This document shows, in pieces, positions 1 through 12,737 of a stretch of DNA of 64,000 nucleotides. The stretch's first letter is position 1. The number at the start of each line of letters is the position of its first letter. The notes under the pieces are model-generated. The model was given only the letters and a program-made list of their open reading frames with translations, was not told the origin of the DNA and made no database searches. Both the position numbers and the translations under genes were made by a program. The stretch is taken from the NCBI GenBank assembly GCA_964016885.1, contig OZ024741.1, positions 168,392,001-168,456,000 of the forward strand, given 5' to 3'. The DNA comes from Eledone cirrhosa. Taxonomy: Eukaryota.

Positions 1-549
1 CATCTTCACTATATTAAATAAATTGAAGTTGAAATTTGCAGCTCACATCTCCGAGTTTTATCTGGCCCCTGATGAAGTTGCATCTAATAGGAGATTTTTA
101 GATATTTCAATGAAAAGCAATGTGAAATAAAGCATTTTGCACAAGAAAACACCAGGCTGATGCATCCAGGAATCGAATCCATGCCATTATGATTCTTAGT
201 CCAACTTCTTAATACCTTTAATACATAAAATATAAATAACAGCTATTAAAGCAACAAGGATATAAAGCACAACATTAAAAACAAAAACAAAAGCACAGTG
301 AATGGTTTAGAAAAGTATAAATATATATAAATATATATATTTTACTTTCAATAAAGCAAGTTTCTTCAAATGTATAAAAAAAGGAAAAGAAGAATTTTTC
401 TTCACTGAAATAAATGAGCTATTAATATAAGATGAATATAAACGTTGTAATTACAATGAATGTAGTTCTATAGATCTTACATAAAACATTCTGTTATAAA
501 TAAATAAATATATACATTTGTTTATATATTTAGCTATGAATAAATACAC

Positions 550-848
550 ACATCTCTCTATCTCTCATACTCTTTCTCTCTCTCTCTCTCTATATATATA
601 TACACACACACATACATACATATATATATATATACATATATACATACACATATATATGTGTGTGTGTGTGTGTGTGTATGTATATATATGTATATATATA
701 TATATCCATATATACATGGATATACATATTATATATACATATATATATATATGTGTTCATGTGTATGTATATATATATATATGTGCATGCTCACAGAAAT
801 ATATTGTATTGTATTTGTGTAGGTGTATGTATGTATATGTTTTCAGTA

Positions 849-885
<37 letters not shown>
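550..885. repeat. Compound microsatellite (CT)n/(TA)n/(CA)n/(TG)n
   Basis: Directly visible dinucleotide runs. It explains the YIYI-type ORFs 518..889 and 660..902. Dozens of similar tracts occur across the window (e.g. 30627-30675, 47092-47227, 63385-63650). Confidence 0.97.
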
Positions 886-886
<1 letters not shown>

Positions 887-1540
887 TAAAATAACAGATT
901 AAAGTTTAAGCAAAGAATCGCTGCTCTACGGTTCTTATATATTTGATATATATTTATTCTTATCGAGCCATCTATATATATTTAGATATTTAGATATTTA
1001 TATATATTTATATATTTATATCTTTAAAAATTAGAATATAAATGAAGGATTTAGAGGAACTGGGAAATAATTATAGAATTAATAGTTTCAACCAGCATTT
1101 ACAATACAATACAATACAATGCAATGCAATGCAATGCAGATGTATTAAATCTATTTAAGTGTTCTTGCATCAACTTTGTTCTACAGAATGACTCGGCGTA
1201 ATTTCACAATTGACGCTGATTTGGCTATGACATAAATCTTATCGTAGTTGCTGTCGACAGAAATTCTCTTTTCATTTCATTATATCTTTACATATATAAA
1301 TAAATATACATGCATTATTGTTATAGCTTCAAATAAACATTCACACATACACACACACACACAAAGCTATCAAGGTTATTTGATTTGAATTTTATTATAT
1401 ATATAAATACAGATATTGTCAATGACAATGACAACTCCAGGAGTAAGCATATTCAAAAGAATGCTGTTCATTTTTAATTTCTGTTAAATATATATGTATA
1501 TGTTAGCGTTGACAAATGGATGTTAAATGGTGATAATGAT

Positions 1541-1734
1541 GATAATTATTTCTACGTTTGGCACAAGGCCAGCAATTATCCCAGTGCATTACTGGTACTT
1601 TATTTTATCGACCCCGTAAGGATGAAAGGCAAAGTTAACCTCGGCGGGATTTGAACTCAGAATGGCAAAGGCCGTAACTCTATGCATCAAAGCATGGCGT
1701 CTGACCCTCTACCGATACTGCCAATCCACCGCCC
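1541..1734 (-). mobile_element. tRNA-derived SINE, family A (Meta-domain-like core)
   Basis: Minus strand: A-box-like TGGCAGTATCGG, B-box GAGTTCAAATCC, core GCCTTTCATCCTTACGGGGTCGATAAAATAAAGTACCAG (resembles the MetaSINE core), and an ATT tail. Near-identical copies occur elsewhere in the window. Confidence 0.9.
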
Positions 1735-1760
1735 TATGATAATGATGTTAATGATGATAA

Positions 1761-1800
<40 letters not shown>

Positions 1801-2751
1801 TCATCATCACCATTTAACAACCATTTTCTATGATTGCAGGAGTTAGATGGCTGACATGCGCTGATGCCAGAATTGTCAGATGACTAGGTCCTGCTTATAT
1901 ATATACACACATAACCACACACGCACACACATACACACACACACACACACGCACGCACACACAATTACACTTGCACACTCACACACACATATATATATTT
2001 GTAAAAGTAGAGGATTGACTGAAGTTTGGCAGGTTCAGCTAGTTACCCAATCTCATATATATATAGTAGAGTGTCAAGACCTAATGACTGAGCTCTGGCT
2101 ATTTTGACAGCAAATTCCATTTATAAATATGAACAGTTTTAGAGGTATTATTAGTGCAAACAAATGATTTTAAAGCAATTTACAAATGGATTCTGCAACT
2201 CAATGCGAAATTACTTATGCAGGATTTGTTGACAGATAAAAATACCATGGATATGGCACTCTGGATCTGGTCTGATTTTTCCAAATATAACTTTGCAGTT
2301 AATAGTTAACTGAAGATGATGGATTTTTCAAAGTTGTATTTATTCAATATTTTTGACAATTGTTTCAATAAGCCAGTTTTTCTATATGTTCTTTTTTTTT
2401 TTAGTTCTGTTCTAATGACTGAATATTTTATTTTCATTTGGATTTCAGTCTCAACATTAAGACTTAAGCAAACGAATTGATTATAATTATAGGGTAAACT
2501 TCCGTTTGGTCATGAATGAGCATGGGTTTTGACTCTAAAAAGTTCCTCTCCATGGCACAAATTTCGCCAAGGTGGTTTTGTGGAAAACCAGTCTGTCTCC
2601 CCTCTCCCCACCACTGACGTTGTCCAAGGGAAAAGTGAAAGCTATTAAAGCTTGTCACCACTGATGTCACAACTCATTTCTACAGCTGTGCAAGATCACA
2701 GCCTCACAATTGTGAATTCAACACTCTATTCCCTAAGCCATATGCCTTCAT

Positions 2752-2803
<52 letters not shown>

Positions 2804-2973
2804 TAATACATCTACCAACATATGCGTACAGATGTACACTAATACTAGTAAATATATAAGTTATGTCAAAGTACCTAGGTGGTTCAATGCAGGGGGATGC
2901 AGAACAATTATATGAAAGACGTAAAATAAGAAAATTTTAAAAATTAAAAATTAACTTACTTACTAAAATTTTC

Positions 2974-3055
2974 ACTCCAACTAATTAGTTTCTGTAATGG
3001 GATAAATATAGTTACACAATGTAACTATCGAGAATTCATTACGTCATCAGGGAGT
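2974..3055 (-). ncRNA. Type I hammerhead ribozyme motif in a PLE pseudo-LTR-like segment (approx. 2915-3130)
   Basis: Minus strand: actcc-CTGATGA-cgtaatg...cattaca-GAAA-ctaattag-TT-ggagt. Stem I is actcc/ggagt, stem II is gtaatg/cattac with an inner hairpin, and stem III is the palindrome ctaattag. Confidence 0.8.
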
Positions 3056-3529
3056 CTATTCTCAGCTAGGTTCCCAGGCAATGCGCGGACACTAGGAACC
3101 CATATAAAAATAATAATTCAGTGGATGTAATCAGCTAGCTATATAATATTTGGTACACAGAATGGAATTTCTACCTACTCCTTTCCTGCATTGCATGCTG
3201 AGCCTTCTTGCACTTCTTCAATTTAGGATGTGCCAGGTGTTGGGTTTCACTGATGGCAGAGATCATTATCATCATCATCTTCGTTTAACATCTATCTTCC
3301 ACGCTAGCATGGGTTAGAGTTGATATTGATATTATATCTATTGAGTGCATTGTATATGAAGGTTAATCTTCATTCTAGATTTAAACTGTTGTCCCAGAGA
3401 GTTCTAAGATTTCAGCAACCAATACTTAAATGCTTTGTTTTGTTTCAATTGCATACTTGGATAACCAAATAACCACGGTTGACTGCCAAATTAAAATATT
3501 GAGCAAACATTTATTTAGGGCTCTTTTTA

Positions 3530-3800
3530 CAGCCCTTTACAGTGTCACCATCAGAGGACACAAACAGCACAAATTATTCATATTTGTGCGTGAACAGCCA
3601 TCACCCGATTGTCGCCACTGTGTAGAGCTCCAGCTAATGACTTCCTGTAATACCCTTTACTTGTCCCTGTCACATTGGTTCTCTTGCAAGTGGGCTTTGT
3701 GTTAATGGTGGGCTATCAAATAGACAGAAATGGTTGAGCTGTTGAGTTACTCACATGAATGTTTATCGTGGTGAAGTTTTGTGGTGGACCAGCCACACTT
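3530..3800 (-). pseudogene. Possible highly degenerate Tc1-like transposase fragment
   Basis: Manual translation gives WSSTQW... and E*FVLFVSSDGDTV, resembling the Tc1 W..QW..V.FSDES.F.L..SDG motif. Frameshifted. Confidence 0.3.
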
Positions 3801-4086
3801 TCTGGAAATGCTGATAACAAAGGATTGGTGCAAAAGTAAACCAAGCACCCAGTGAACATCACACCACAGTTATTGGATGGCCATTGACTTTCAAGAGTCT
3901 CTCCACCCTTTTAAGCAGGTTTTGATTTTTGTCCAGTAAAATGTCCAAAATCCTTCTCCTGACCAAGCCATCTTGGTAGGGTTGCTGTTGATGCAACCAG
4001 GTATTAAGAGGTTACATGTTATCCATAGTGTTCAAAGGCATTCTGATACACACACACACAAATATATATATATATATATATATATA

Positions 4087-4430
4087 CTAGATGAGGGCGA
4101 CATTTTCTTCATCTTTTTGTCACACACACACACACGCTCTCTCTTTAAACAAATGACATTCCTTTTCTGTCTCTATTTATGTACATCTCTTTCACTTGGT
4201 GCCGAACACTCTCTCTATATAGATGAGGTTGACGTTTTAACTTTCTGTCTAGCTATCTCTTTCTGTCACCCCAAAAACATACGTTCCCTTTTCTCTCTCT
4301 CTCATTGTACATATCTCTCACTTGGCACTCCCTCTCTGTATATAAAATGAGTGTGACAGATAGAGAGATGGATGAATTGGGGGGGGGGGGACAGATGGAC
4401 AGACAGACAGTGCTCTTACTATAATATAGA
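4087..4430 (-). mobile_element. Non-autonomous Helitron-like element
   Basis: Minus strand starts TCTATATTATAG, followed by (CTGT)n, and ends CTAG next to (TA)n. It contains an internal ~130 bp tandem duplication (4087-4215 vs 4220-4345). Confidence 0.55.
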
Positions 4431-4796
4431 TTTACAGTGTTTGCTGGGTGCTTTTTGTTGTCATTTACACGACCTCTTCAGTGTAGGCTCGTGACTTGAG
4501 TGGGGGGAAGTGTGTGGGGATTGGGGAGGTACATTTGTGGGGGGGGGGGGGGGCAGAATGTTCAGGTGTGGGTGTAGTGTTAAGACGTAGGAGGTGTGAG
4601 AGGGGGGGATGTAGACGAAGGGAAGTGTGTTAGGATGTGGAGGTGTAAGGAAGGAGGAAGGGGAAGGTACTGCATACAAGATGTATGCTTTGACCCATGC
4701 TGATGGGAAGGCAGGTCTTCTGTATAATAAATAACATCAGAGATTTCAATCTTTCAAGATGTGTTGATATCTCATCACTCCTATGACAACCAACAT

Positions 4797-4983
4797 GTGG
4801 ATTGGCAGTATCGGTAGAGGGTCAGACACCATGCTTTCCAGCATAGTTACGTCCCTTTACGATCTGAGTTCAAATCCCGCCGAGGTTGACTTTGCCTTTC
4901 ATCCTTACGGGGTCGATAAAATAAAGTACCAGTAATGCACTGGGATAATTGATGGCCTTGTGCCAAAAGTAGAAACAATTATT
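4797..4983 (+). mobile_element. SINE family A
   Basis: Same sequence as the 1541-1734 copy (A/B boxes, Meta-like core). Confidence 0.9.
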
Positions 4984-5358
4984 TTTCTAAACTCAAGGAA
5001 ATGTTTATATATAAGTTTGAAAGCAGAAGCAACAGAGAGGAATTCCAGCTAGATCCTGTCAACAAAATCTTCATACGGGTTTAAATAAACAATAAGTCTC
5101 TGATATCCGAATGGCTAAATGTCAGCAGAAGGGCTACCAGGAATCATGCACTTGATGCAGCCTGGTCTCCTTAGAGTGTAAGAAGTTAAGGGCTGAAACA
5201 CTCATTTGAGGAGATTTCTTCTCTAAAGACCTGTCCAGATCTCAAGAGAATTTCTCACCACTATACACACACATACACACATATATATATAGAGAGAGAG
5301 ATAGACAGATTTAAAAGAGTTGAAGTCAGTGTTGCAGCATATGTACAAACTTTATTTA

Positions 5359-5445
5359 CATATTACCATTGTTTCAATATCGATCAGCTCAGGGTACAAT
5401 CAAGGTGACGAAGCCTGACTCTTTTTCAACACCTCAGCAGATATG
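5359..5445 (-). ncRNA. Hammerhead ribozyme motif (core variant CTGCTGA) in a PLE-like 3' end (approx. 5310-5855)
   Basis: Minus strand: catat-CTGCTGA-ggtgttga...tcgatatt-GAAA-caatgg-TA-atatg, then AATAAA. Stem I is catat/atatg. One core substitution suggests decay. Confidence 0.6.
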
Positions 5446-5859
5446 TGAGCTTATATGTGCAAAGACACATCTAAACTGCCCATATAAGCTCTTTACCAAC
5501 TGAATGTCTGAACTTCTTCATTTAAATATAGTTAGGAAAATGTTAAAATTTATGGATAACTAAATGCACAAATCATTAGCAATAAATATACTGGGTAGTA
5601 ATTAGTTTGATTCTTAAAACCTATTACATATATATTAAACTCAAATAAACAGTATAGGAATAAAAGTAGAGATTATGAATTTAATAATATTTATTAATTA
5701 ATGTAATGACCAAATTTTAATACTAACATTAACATAGTATATATAAATAACATTTCAAATATGTGTTAAATACATATATAAATAACATTACAAATAAAAT
5801 TACAAATGCGTAAATAACATTATTAATTGCTCACAATTCATTCAGAAGAACATTACAAA

Positions 5860-6040
5860 TATAATTGTTTCTACTTTAGGCACAAGGCAAGCAATTAACC
5901 AGTGTATTACTGGTATTTATTTTATCGACCCTGTAAGGATAAAAGGCAAAGTCAACCTCGGCGGGATTTGAACTCAGATCGTAAAGGGACGTAACTATGC
6001 TAGAAAGCATGGCGTCCGACCCTCTACCGATACTGCCAAT
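5860..6040 (-). mobile_element. SINE family A
   Basis: Matches the other family A copies. Confidence 0.9.
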
Positions 6041-6439
6041 ATAATGTCATTGATAAACACAAATATAAATGGAAAAAAACGAAGACAAAAAATGGAGGGG
6101 GAGCAAAAATAAAAACAATCATCAATTCACCACCAAATGTGACAATTGACTGCACATCACAACATAAACATTTTGAGGCAAGCCAATGCAATGCAAAAAC
6201 TATGGAAGCTTAGTTCAGTAATACTGTGTCAATCAGTAAGATGTTTTTTTTATTCATTAAGAAACTAATCGCCTAAAAACAGTATTTATAGAAGGGAAAA
6301 GGATTATTTATATAATAAATTTATGAGTGTACATTAAACAAAACAGATTCAGCTACACACACACACACACATAAACCACTCCTGTGTGAATTAATAGTAT
6401 TTGTTTGGTATAGACGATGGCCAGTAGAAGCTGGTTGAC

Positions 6440-7195
6440 TTCCCACTAGCACACTCGGAGCCTATCGCAGTTAAGTTCCTAGAGTACTCGGAAAAATTAA
6501 TTTCCATTTATTTCGCTAGATGATACCACTCGAAACTGGCTGACACGTGGTTAGGAGGTGCTGGCTGGGATAACAATCGAAGGCTTCTATCTTAACTCTA
6601 TATCCAACCTTGATAACTTATCGAGATTCCCTATAATACACTTAAACTTTTTCTTATAAGACTCTCTCTGTAATTTCATTAAATAATTCTCGCAACACAA
6701 ACCTTTAATTTTCTATTAATTTAATTTCATCCTATAACTCTTAACATAAGTTAACGTTCCAATTTTCTGTTCACACATTAGACCATACAGACACCCATAT
6801 ATATGCCTTTGTTAAAATATGGGTTCTTTGGAATAACATTTTTTACGGCGTCTTCTCGCATGACTGTAGTGTGACCCTTACGCTGACTTCTCTTCTTTTT
6901 TTCTTCTCTGGCGGAGAGGTGGTAGTGCATTATAAGCCTTCGCCCCCTCACCAGATGGTCATTAGTAGACCGAGTTGCCATCACTTGAGGGCGACTGACC
7001 GAGGTGAAAGCAGCTAGTTGGTCAGTCGGCCTCTCTGTCTCTGATTTCGGACCCATGGATTTTATATATTCCTTTGTTATATTTCGAATACCTGATGATA
7101 TCACCGGATTCATACGGAACCTGGTAATTGAAATGATCATAGTATAATAAACTTTTCAAGGATTTACACTAGTCCAGCCTCCTGTTATTTTATTT
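6440..7195 (+). mobile_element. Penelope-like element 3' remnant / pseudo-LTR
   Basis: Peptide ...IEGFYLNSISNLDN... resembles a GIY-YIG C-terminus. It is followed by a hammerhead motif and AATAAA. The last ~130 bp recur at 21255-21390. Confidence 0.55.
7088..7145 (+). ncRNA. Type I hammerhead ribozyme motif
   Basis: atac-CTGATGA-tatcaccggattcatacggaacctggtaatt-GAAA-tgatca-TA-gtat, then AATAAA at 7146. Stem I is atac/gtat and stem III is the palindrome tgatca. Confidence 0.8.
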
Positions 7196-7196
7196 A

Positions 7197-7530
7197 TGGA
7201 GGCACATGGCTTAGTGGTTAGAGCATTGGCCTTGCAATCGAAAGGTTGTGAGTTCAATTCTCAGACCGGGTGATGTGTTGTTTCCTTGAGCAAGACATTT
7301 TATTTCACATTGCTCCAGTTTACTCAGCTGTAGAAATGAGATAAGACTCGGGTCCATATCATTCCACTGCAAAGTGGTCGTGGAGGTGCCACGGCAAAAA
7401 AGCACCCAGCACTCACTGTAAATGAGTTTGGTGTTAGGAAGGGCATCCAGCTGTAGAAATCAAGCCAGAATCAGTTCCCGTCCCACCCTTGCAAGCAGGG
7501 AAAAAGTGGACGTAAAATGAAATGAATGAA
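7197..7530 (+). mobile_element. tRNA-derived CORE-type SINE, family B, with RTE-derived tail
   Basis: A-box TGGCTTAGTGG, B-box GAGTTCAATTC, CORE-like TCCTTGAGCAAGACA...CTCAGCTGTAGAAATG, and a 3' end shared with local RTE LINEs. Confidence 0.9.
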
Positions 7531-10500
7531 AAGGTCGCTCTAACGATGTTGTAGAGATGCTTGAACGTAAGGAAGTTGATGCTTGCTGTGTCCAAGAGAC
7601 TAGGTGGAGGGGTGGGTCTGCTAGATTCATTGTGGGTAAAAAACGATGCTATAAACTTTTCTGGGTGGGAAATGAAAATGGGCTGGGTGGAGTAGGAATT
7701 ATGTTAGCAGAAAAATGGGTAGATAAGGTAATCGACGTAAATAGAATGAACGACAGAATGATCAAAATAAGACTTGTCCTAAATAGAACTACTGTGACAA
7801 TAATATCCGCTTACGCACCCCAATCTGGACTGCCTGGCGTTATAAAAGACAGATTCTATGAGTCGCTAATGCTCACTACCTCCCAACTAACCGACAGTGA
7901 CTACAAAATTATTGCTGGTGACCTAAATGGTCATGTTGGACAACATTGTGATGGCTATGACAGAATCCATGGAGGCTACGGGTTTGGTACCAGAAATGAG
8001 GAAGGCTTCAGAATTCTGGAATTCTGTGATGCAAATAACCTAACTATCTGCAACACAAACTTCAAAAAATGAGACAATCACTTGATCACCTATAGATCAG
8101 GGGAAGACGCCAGTCAGATAGATTATATCCTTACCAGAAGATGTGACAAAGTGTCGGTTGTAAACACTAAATCCCTCCCCCGCGAAAAATGCACCTCCCA
8201 ACATAGCCTCATAGTTAGTGACCTCATAGTCAGGATGAGACGTACTCGACAACAGAGGAGGACTACCATGAGAAGAAGAATATGAAAGTTAAAGGACCCC
8301 ACAGCCAGTAACACATTTAAAAGCATACTATTTGATGCTTTTGACAGTAAGGTAGAGCAATTAGAGACGTACAGTATAGAGGAACAGTGGGAATTCCTGA
8401 AAGTTAACCTGCTGAAGATGAAATCTGTGGCTGGAGCAGACCTATAGGCAGGAGGAGAATAACATGGTGGTGGAACAGTAAGGTGGAGGAGTCAATCAAG
8501 GCCAAAAAGCAAGCTTGGAAAGTATGGCGGGATGGGGTAAGTAGAGAACACTATCAAGTGGCCAGGAGGGAAGCTAGGAGACAAGTGTACCTTGCAAGAA
8601 GAGGAAAGAAAGTTCAAGCATGTTCTACAACGTGACGACCAAAAACGTGAAGTGTTCAGGATTGCTAGACAATGTGTCAAGGAAAACCGTGATATTGTCG
8701 GAGAGAAGTGTGTCCGTAATGATGATGGTATACTTGCCATCACTGATACTGATAAGAAGGTAGCTTGGAAGTGTCACTACGAGAGGCTACAAAATGAGGA
8801 GAATAAGTGGGAAAAAGATAGTCTGCCCCAAATTGATCCAATAGAAGGACCAGCAGTGCAAGTTGAAGGTAGTATAATAAGTAAGGCAATCAAAGATATG
8901 AAGACAGGCAAAGCAGCTGGGCCTTCGGAGATAGTTGCTGAAATGCTGAAAGCATCTGGATCGGTGGGACATACTATGGTCTCCCGGATAGTAAACAAAG
9001 TCATACAGAATGGGCTCATACCAAATGACTGGCATAGCAGCGTCATCATTAACTGCTACAATGGTAAAGGAGATGCCCTAGATAGGGGAAACTATAGAGG
9101 CATTAAATTAATTGATCAGGTCATGAAGGTCACAGAAAAAGTTATAGCGCAACTAATCAGAGAGCGAATTGATCTAGATGAAATGCAGTTTGGGTTCGTG
9201 TCAGGTAAAAGTACCACAGACGCTCTTTTCCTTGTACAACAACTACAGGAGAAGTACCTAGCTAAAAGTAAACCCCTATACTTAGCTTTGTTGACTTGGA
9301 GAATGCCTTTGACAGAGTCCCCTGCTCCATTATCTGGTGGGCTCTTAGAAAACTAGTAGTTGATGAATGGCTCGTGAGAGCTATACAAGCCATGTATAAA
9401 GAAACAGTCAGCAAGGTTAGAATTAACAACGAATATAGTGAAGAATTTAGCGTAAAAGTCGGGGTTCATCAGGGCTCTGTCCTTAGCCCCCTCCTATTTA
9501 TTATTGCCCTTCATGCTATAACAGAGGAGTTCAAGACTGGCTGCCCATGGGAACTCCTATACGCAGATGATCTAATGATCATAGCTGAATCAATGGCTGA
9601 ACTAGAGAAGAAATTCCAAAGGCCTTAAAATTAACTCGTCTAAGACTAAATTTCTAGTATGTAGGAAAGAAAATAAGGCACTGGTCCCCTCTGGGAAATG
9701 GCCATGCTCAGTGTGTAGGGAAGGAGTAGGCAGAAACTCCATTTTATGTCCGAAATGCAAAGTATGGGTGCATAAAAGATGTAGTGGGATCACAAGTAAA
9801 CTAAGAACATAGATTTTATATGTGGCCGGTGCTCTGGTGCAATAAGTAGTAGCAAGTACCCACAGGATACTAGCTCCTTCCATTGCCCAGTTAGTTCTAT
9901 AGAAATAGTGGACACCTTCCGTTACCTGGGTGACAAAATCAGCAGTGATGGTGGGTGTTCTGAAAGTACAGTAGCTAGAGTCAGAACGGGATGGAAAAAG
10001 TTCAGAGAGCTTATACCACTATTGGCCACTAAAGGTTTCTCCCTAAAAATGAAAGGCAGGCTGTATGATGCCTGCATACGAACAGCAATGTTACATGACA
10101 GTGAGACATGGGCATTGTGCGCAGAGGATCTGCACAGACTGGGGAGGAACGAAGCCTGCATGCTCCGTTGTATGTGTAATAGTATTATACGTGAACGGCA
10201 AAGCATAAATGAACTAAGTGAGAAATTAGGAATAAGAGGGATCAGATGCTGTTTACTCGAGAGAAGACTACGTTGGTAAGGTCACGTGATGCGCATGAAA
10301 GACGACAGCTGTATAAAAAAGTGCAGGGCGATCAAAATAGATGGAATCTACGGAGTAGGCAGACCCAGAAATACCTGGGACGATTTGATAAATTCCGACC
10401 TTACACACTTACACCTCTCCAAGACAATGTCACTGGACCGAGATCTATGGCGCTACGCAGAAGACCCGCCTTGCCTAAGTACAAAGCGAAACCTACAGTC

Positions 10501-10868
10501 AGTAGGCATCTCCTAACCAAAAATACACCCCCATACCACTACCCCTACCCCACCCCCATCTACACCACCCCTTTCTCTGTAAAGTAATGTTGGTACCACA
10601 ACGTCCAGTCCTAAATAAATGAGGTCGTGTAGGTGTCACGACAAAAAAACACACAGTCCATGCTGTAATGTGGCCGTGTAGGTAACACGGTAAAAACCGT
10701 GTAAAACGTGTAAAAACTCTGTAAACGTGGTTGGTGTTAGGAAGGGCATCCAGCCGTAGAAAACCCGCCAGACAGTCCTATATGAGCAAGACAACCAATC
10801 TTGCCTCACGTGGAAAACCCATGCTAGCGTGGAAGATAGACATTAAACAATGATGATGATGATGATGA
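7531..10868 (+). mobile_element. RTE-clade LINE, near full-length ORF disrupted by stops and frameshifts (APE endonuclease + RT + PHD finger)
   Basis: ORFs 7557-8072 (QETRW, SAYAPQ, AGDLNGHVG), 8082 (SQIDY, SQH), 8592-9356 (NYRGIKL, QFGF), 9296-9628 (GVHQGSVLSP, LLYADD) and 9908-10516 (FRYLG, RRLRW, GRPR). (GAT)n tail. Confidence 0.96.
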
Positions 10869-11139
10869 TATATATAAACAAAGTTTTAATGGAGTTGTTT
10901 GTTTGTCATAATAACATGTTTTCCTCTCTAGGTTTGACCACAGGCAATTTCTTTCAGAGAGAAAGATAGAGAAAAATAGAATCAACACTAGTAGGAGACT
11001 GTTACTTTATTTTTCAACCCATAAAAGCATACTTATTAAATAATCATATCATCAATAAATTTACTCAAGTAGATCTAAATAGTCATGATTGGTGTGCTTT
11101 AATAATAAAGACTAAGTTTAGTCTATATTAATGTCTGTA

Positions 11140-11285
11140 TGATTAAAGAATTCATTTCACAACCATGTTCCGGGTTTAGTCACCCTGCTTAGTACCTTGG
11201 GCAAGTGTTTTCTTCTATAGCCTTGGATTGACAAATGCCTTGTCAATGGAATTTGGGTGATGGAAATTGCCGAAACCCATCTTAT
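11140..11285 (+). mobile_element. Degenerate CORE-type SINE, family C
   Basis: CCTTGGGCAAGTGT..TCT.CTATAGCC...ATTTGG...GGAAA motif, shared with 23165-23330. Confidence 0.65.
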
Positions 11286-11498
11286 ATATATATAACCTGA
11301 TCGTATTTATCATTGTTGTGGCTATACACTACGGCCACCCACATGCACCTGGTCGATTTATTCATGGTGTCACACTTCTTTAACTTTGTGTTTACTCTGG
11401 AGAAAAAATGTATTAACTTTTTACACCATTGAGTGCTCTGTGACTGCCTCAAAAAAATGCAGCTACAACCTCAATTTACTCCATATATATCTTCTACT

Positions 11499-12737
11499 TT
11501 CTTCTTCATCATTTTACGTCCGCTTTTCCCTGCTTGCAAGGGTTGGACGGGTCCTATTCAGCACAGCAGCATCTCTTCACTCGTCTCGGTGAGTTTCAGC
11601 GATCTGCTCTCACCACCTCCGCCCATGTTTTTAGTGGTCTACGTCTACTGCGTCTTCCTTTTACTGGGATTTCTTGGCACTTCTTTACCCAGCAGTCATC
11701 CTCCATGCGCATCACATGTCCATACCATCTCAGCCTTCTCTCCTGCACACCACAACTTATCCCTCTTATACCCAGTTTCTTTCTCAACTCGTCTATGCTT
11801 GGTCGTTCACGCACATTGACATTGCACATCCAACGGAGCATACTTGCTTCATTTCTCTCCAGCCGTCGCATATCTTCTGCAGTTGCTGCCCATATCTCAC
11901 TACCATGCAGCATTGCGCATCTCACACAGGCATCATATAACTGTCCTTTCATACGCAAGGAGAAACCCTTCTTAGTCAACAGAGGAAGCAGCTCCCTAAA
12001 CTTCTTCCAACCCGTCCTTATTCTAGATACTATGGCCTCGGAACACCCCCTCCATGCTAATCTGATCACCTAGGTACTGGAAGCTATATACCACTTCTAT
12101 AGAACCCACCTGCATTGGAAAAATGTGTCTATCACTGCGATTACTACTGCCAACTGCCCTGTACATCTACTGCATACATAGTTTTCCCTACCTGTTAGTT
12201 TGCCTGCTATCTCACTACATCTCTTGTGTACCCAAGATCTTCATTGCGTACATTTTATGGAATTTATGCCAGTTCCTTTCCTACATATCGAACATGGCCA
12301 TTTTCCCGATGGAATCAGAGTATTGTTCTCTCTTCTACTTATCAACACTTTTGTTTTAGCTATGTTCACTCTCAGGCCTCTTGATTCCAACTGCTGTTTC
12401 CATAGCCAGAATTTATTCTCTAGCTCCTCTACTGATTCTGCTATAAGAACCAGATCATCAGCATAGAGAAGTTACCATGGGCAGTCAGTCTTAAACTCCT
12501 CTGTTATGGCTTGGAGAACTATAATGAACAAGAGCGGGCTGATGACCGAACCCTGATGTACACCTACTTGTATCTGGAATTCCTCACTAAACTCCATTCC
12601 TATTCTCACTTTACTGACAGCACCCCTGTACATAGCTTGCACTGTCCTCACTAGCCATTCCTCTACACCTAGTTTCTTTAGGGATCACCAGATGACCGAT
12701 TGGGGTACCCTATCAAAGGCCTTCTCTAGGTCAAAAA
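11499..12737 (-). mobile_element. 5'-truncated RTE LINE (second subfamily)
   Basis: Minus-strand GVHQGSVISP, LYADD, GKWPCSIC...WVHKRC and ORF 11596-12069 (RRLRWYGHV). Short 3' UTR ending GGACGTAAAATGATGAAGAAG. Confidence 0.93.

Noticed and set aside
64-120. CTGATGA...GAAA with paired stem II (atctaa/ttagat)
   Set aside because: It is cut by a SINE remnant right after GAAA, so stem III and the 3' strand of stem I are absent. Counted only as a partial motif.
518-902. ORFs rich in YI/HT/CV repeats (also near 18400, 22000, 40620, 46900, 49780, 50830 and 63390)
   Set aside because: These are translations of (TA)n/(CA)n/(TG)n microsatellites with no coding signal.
1541-1734. tRNA-like A/B boxes in SINE heads
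   Set aside because: No complete cloverleaf, and the heads continue into SINE core and tail in many copies, so they are not tRNA genes.
12241-12243. In-frame TGA at a PHD cysteine position in the minus-strand RTE (possible selenocysteine)
   Set aside because: The other subfamily has TGC, the copy carries other disabling changes, and I see no SECIS. A single TGY>TGA substitution is simpler.
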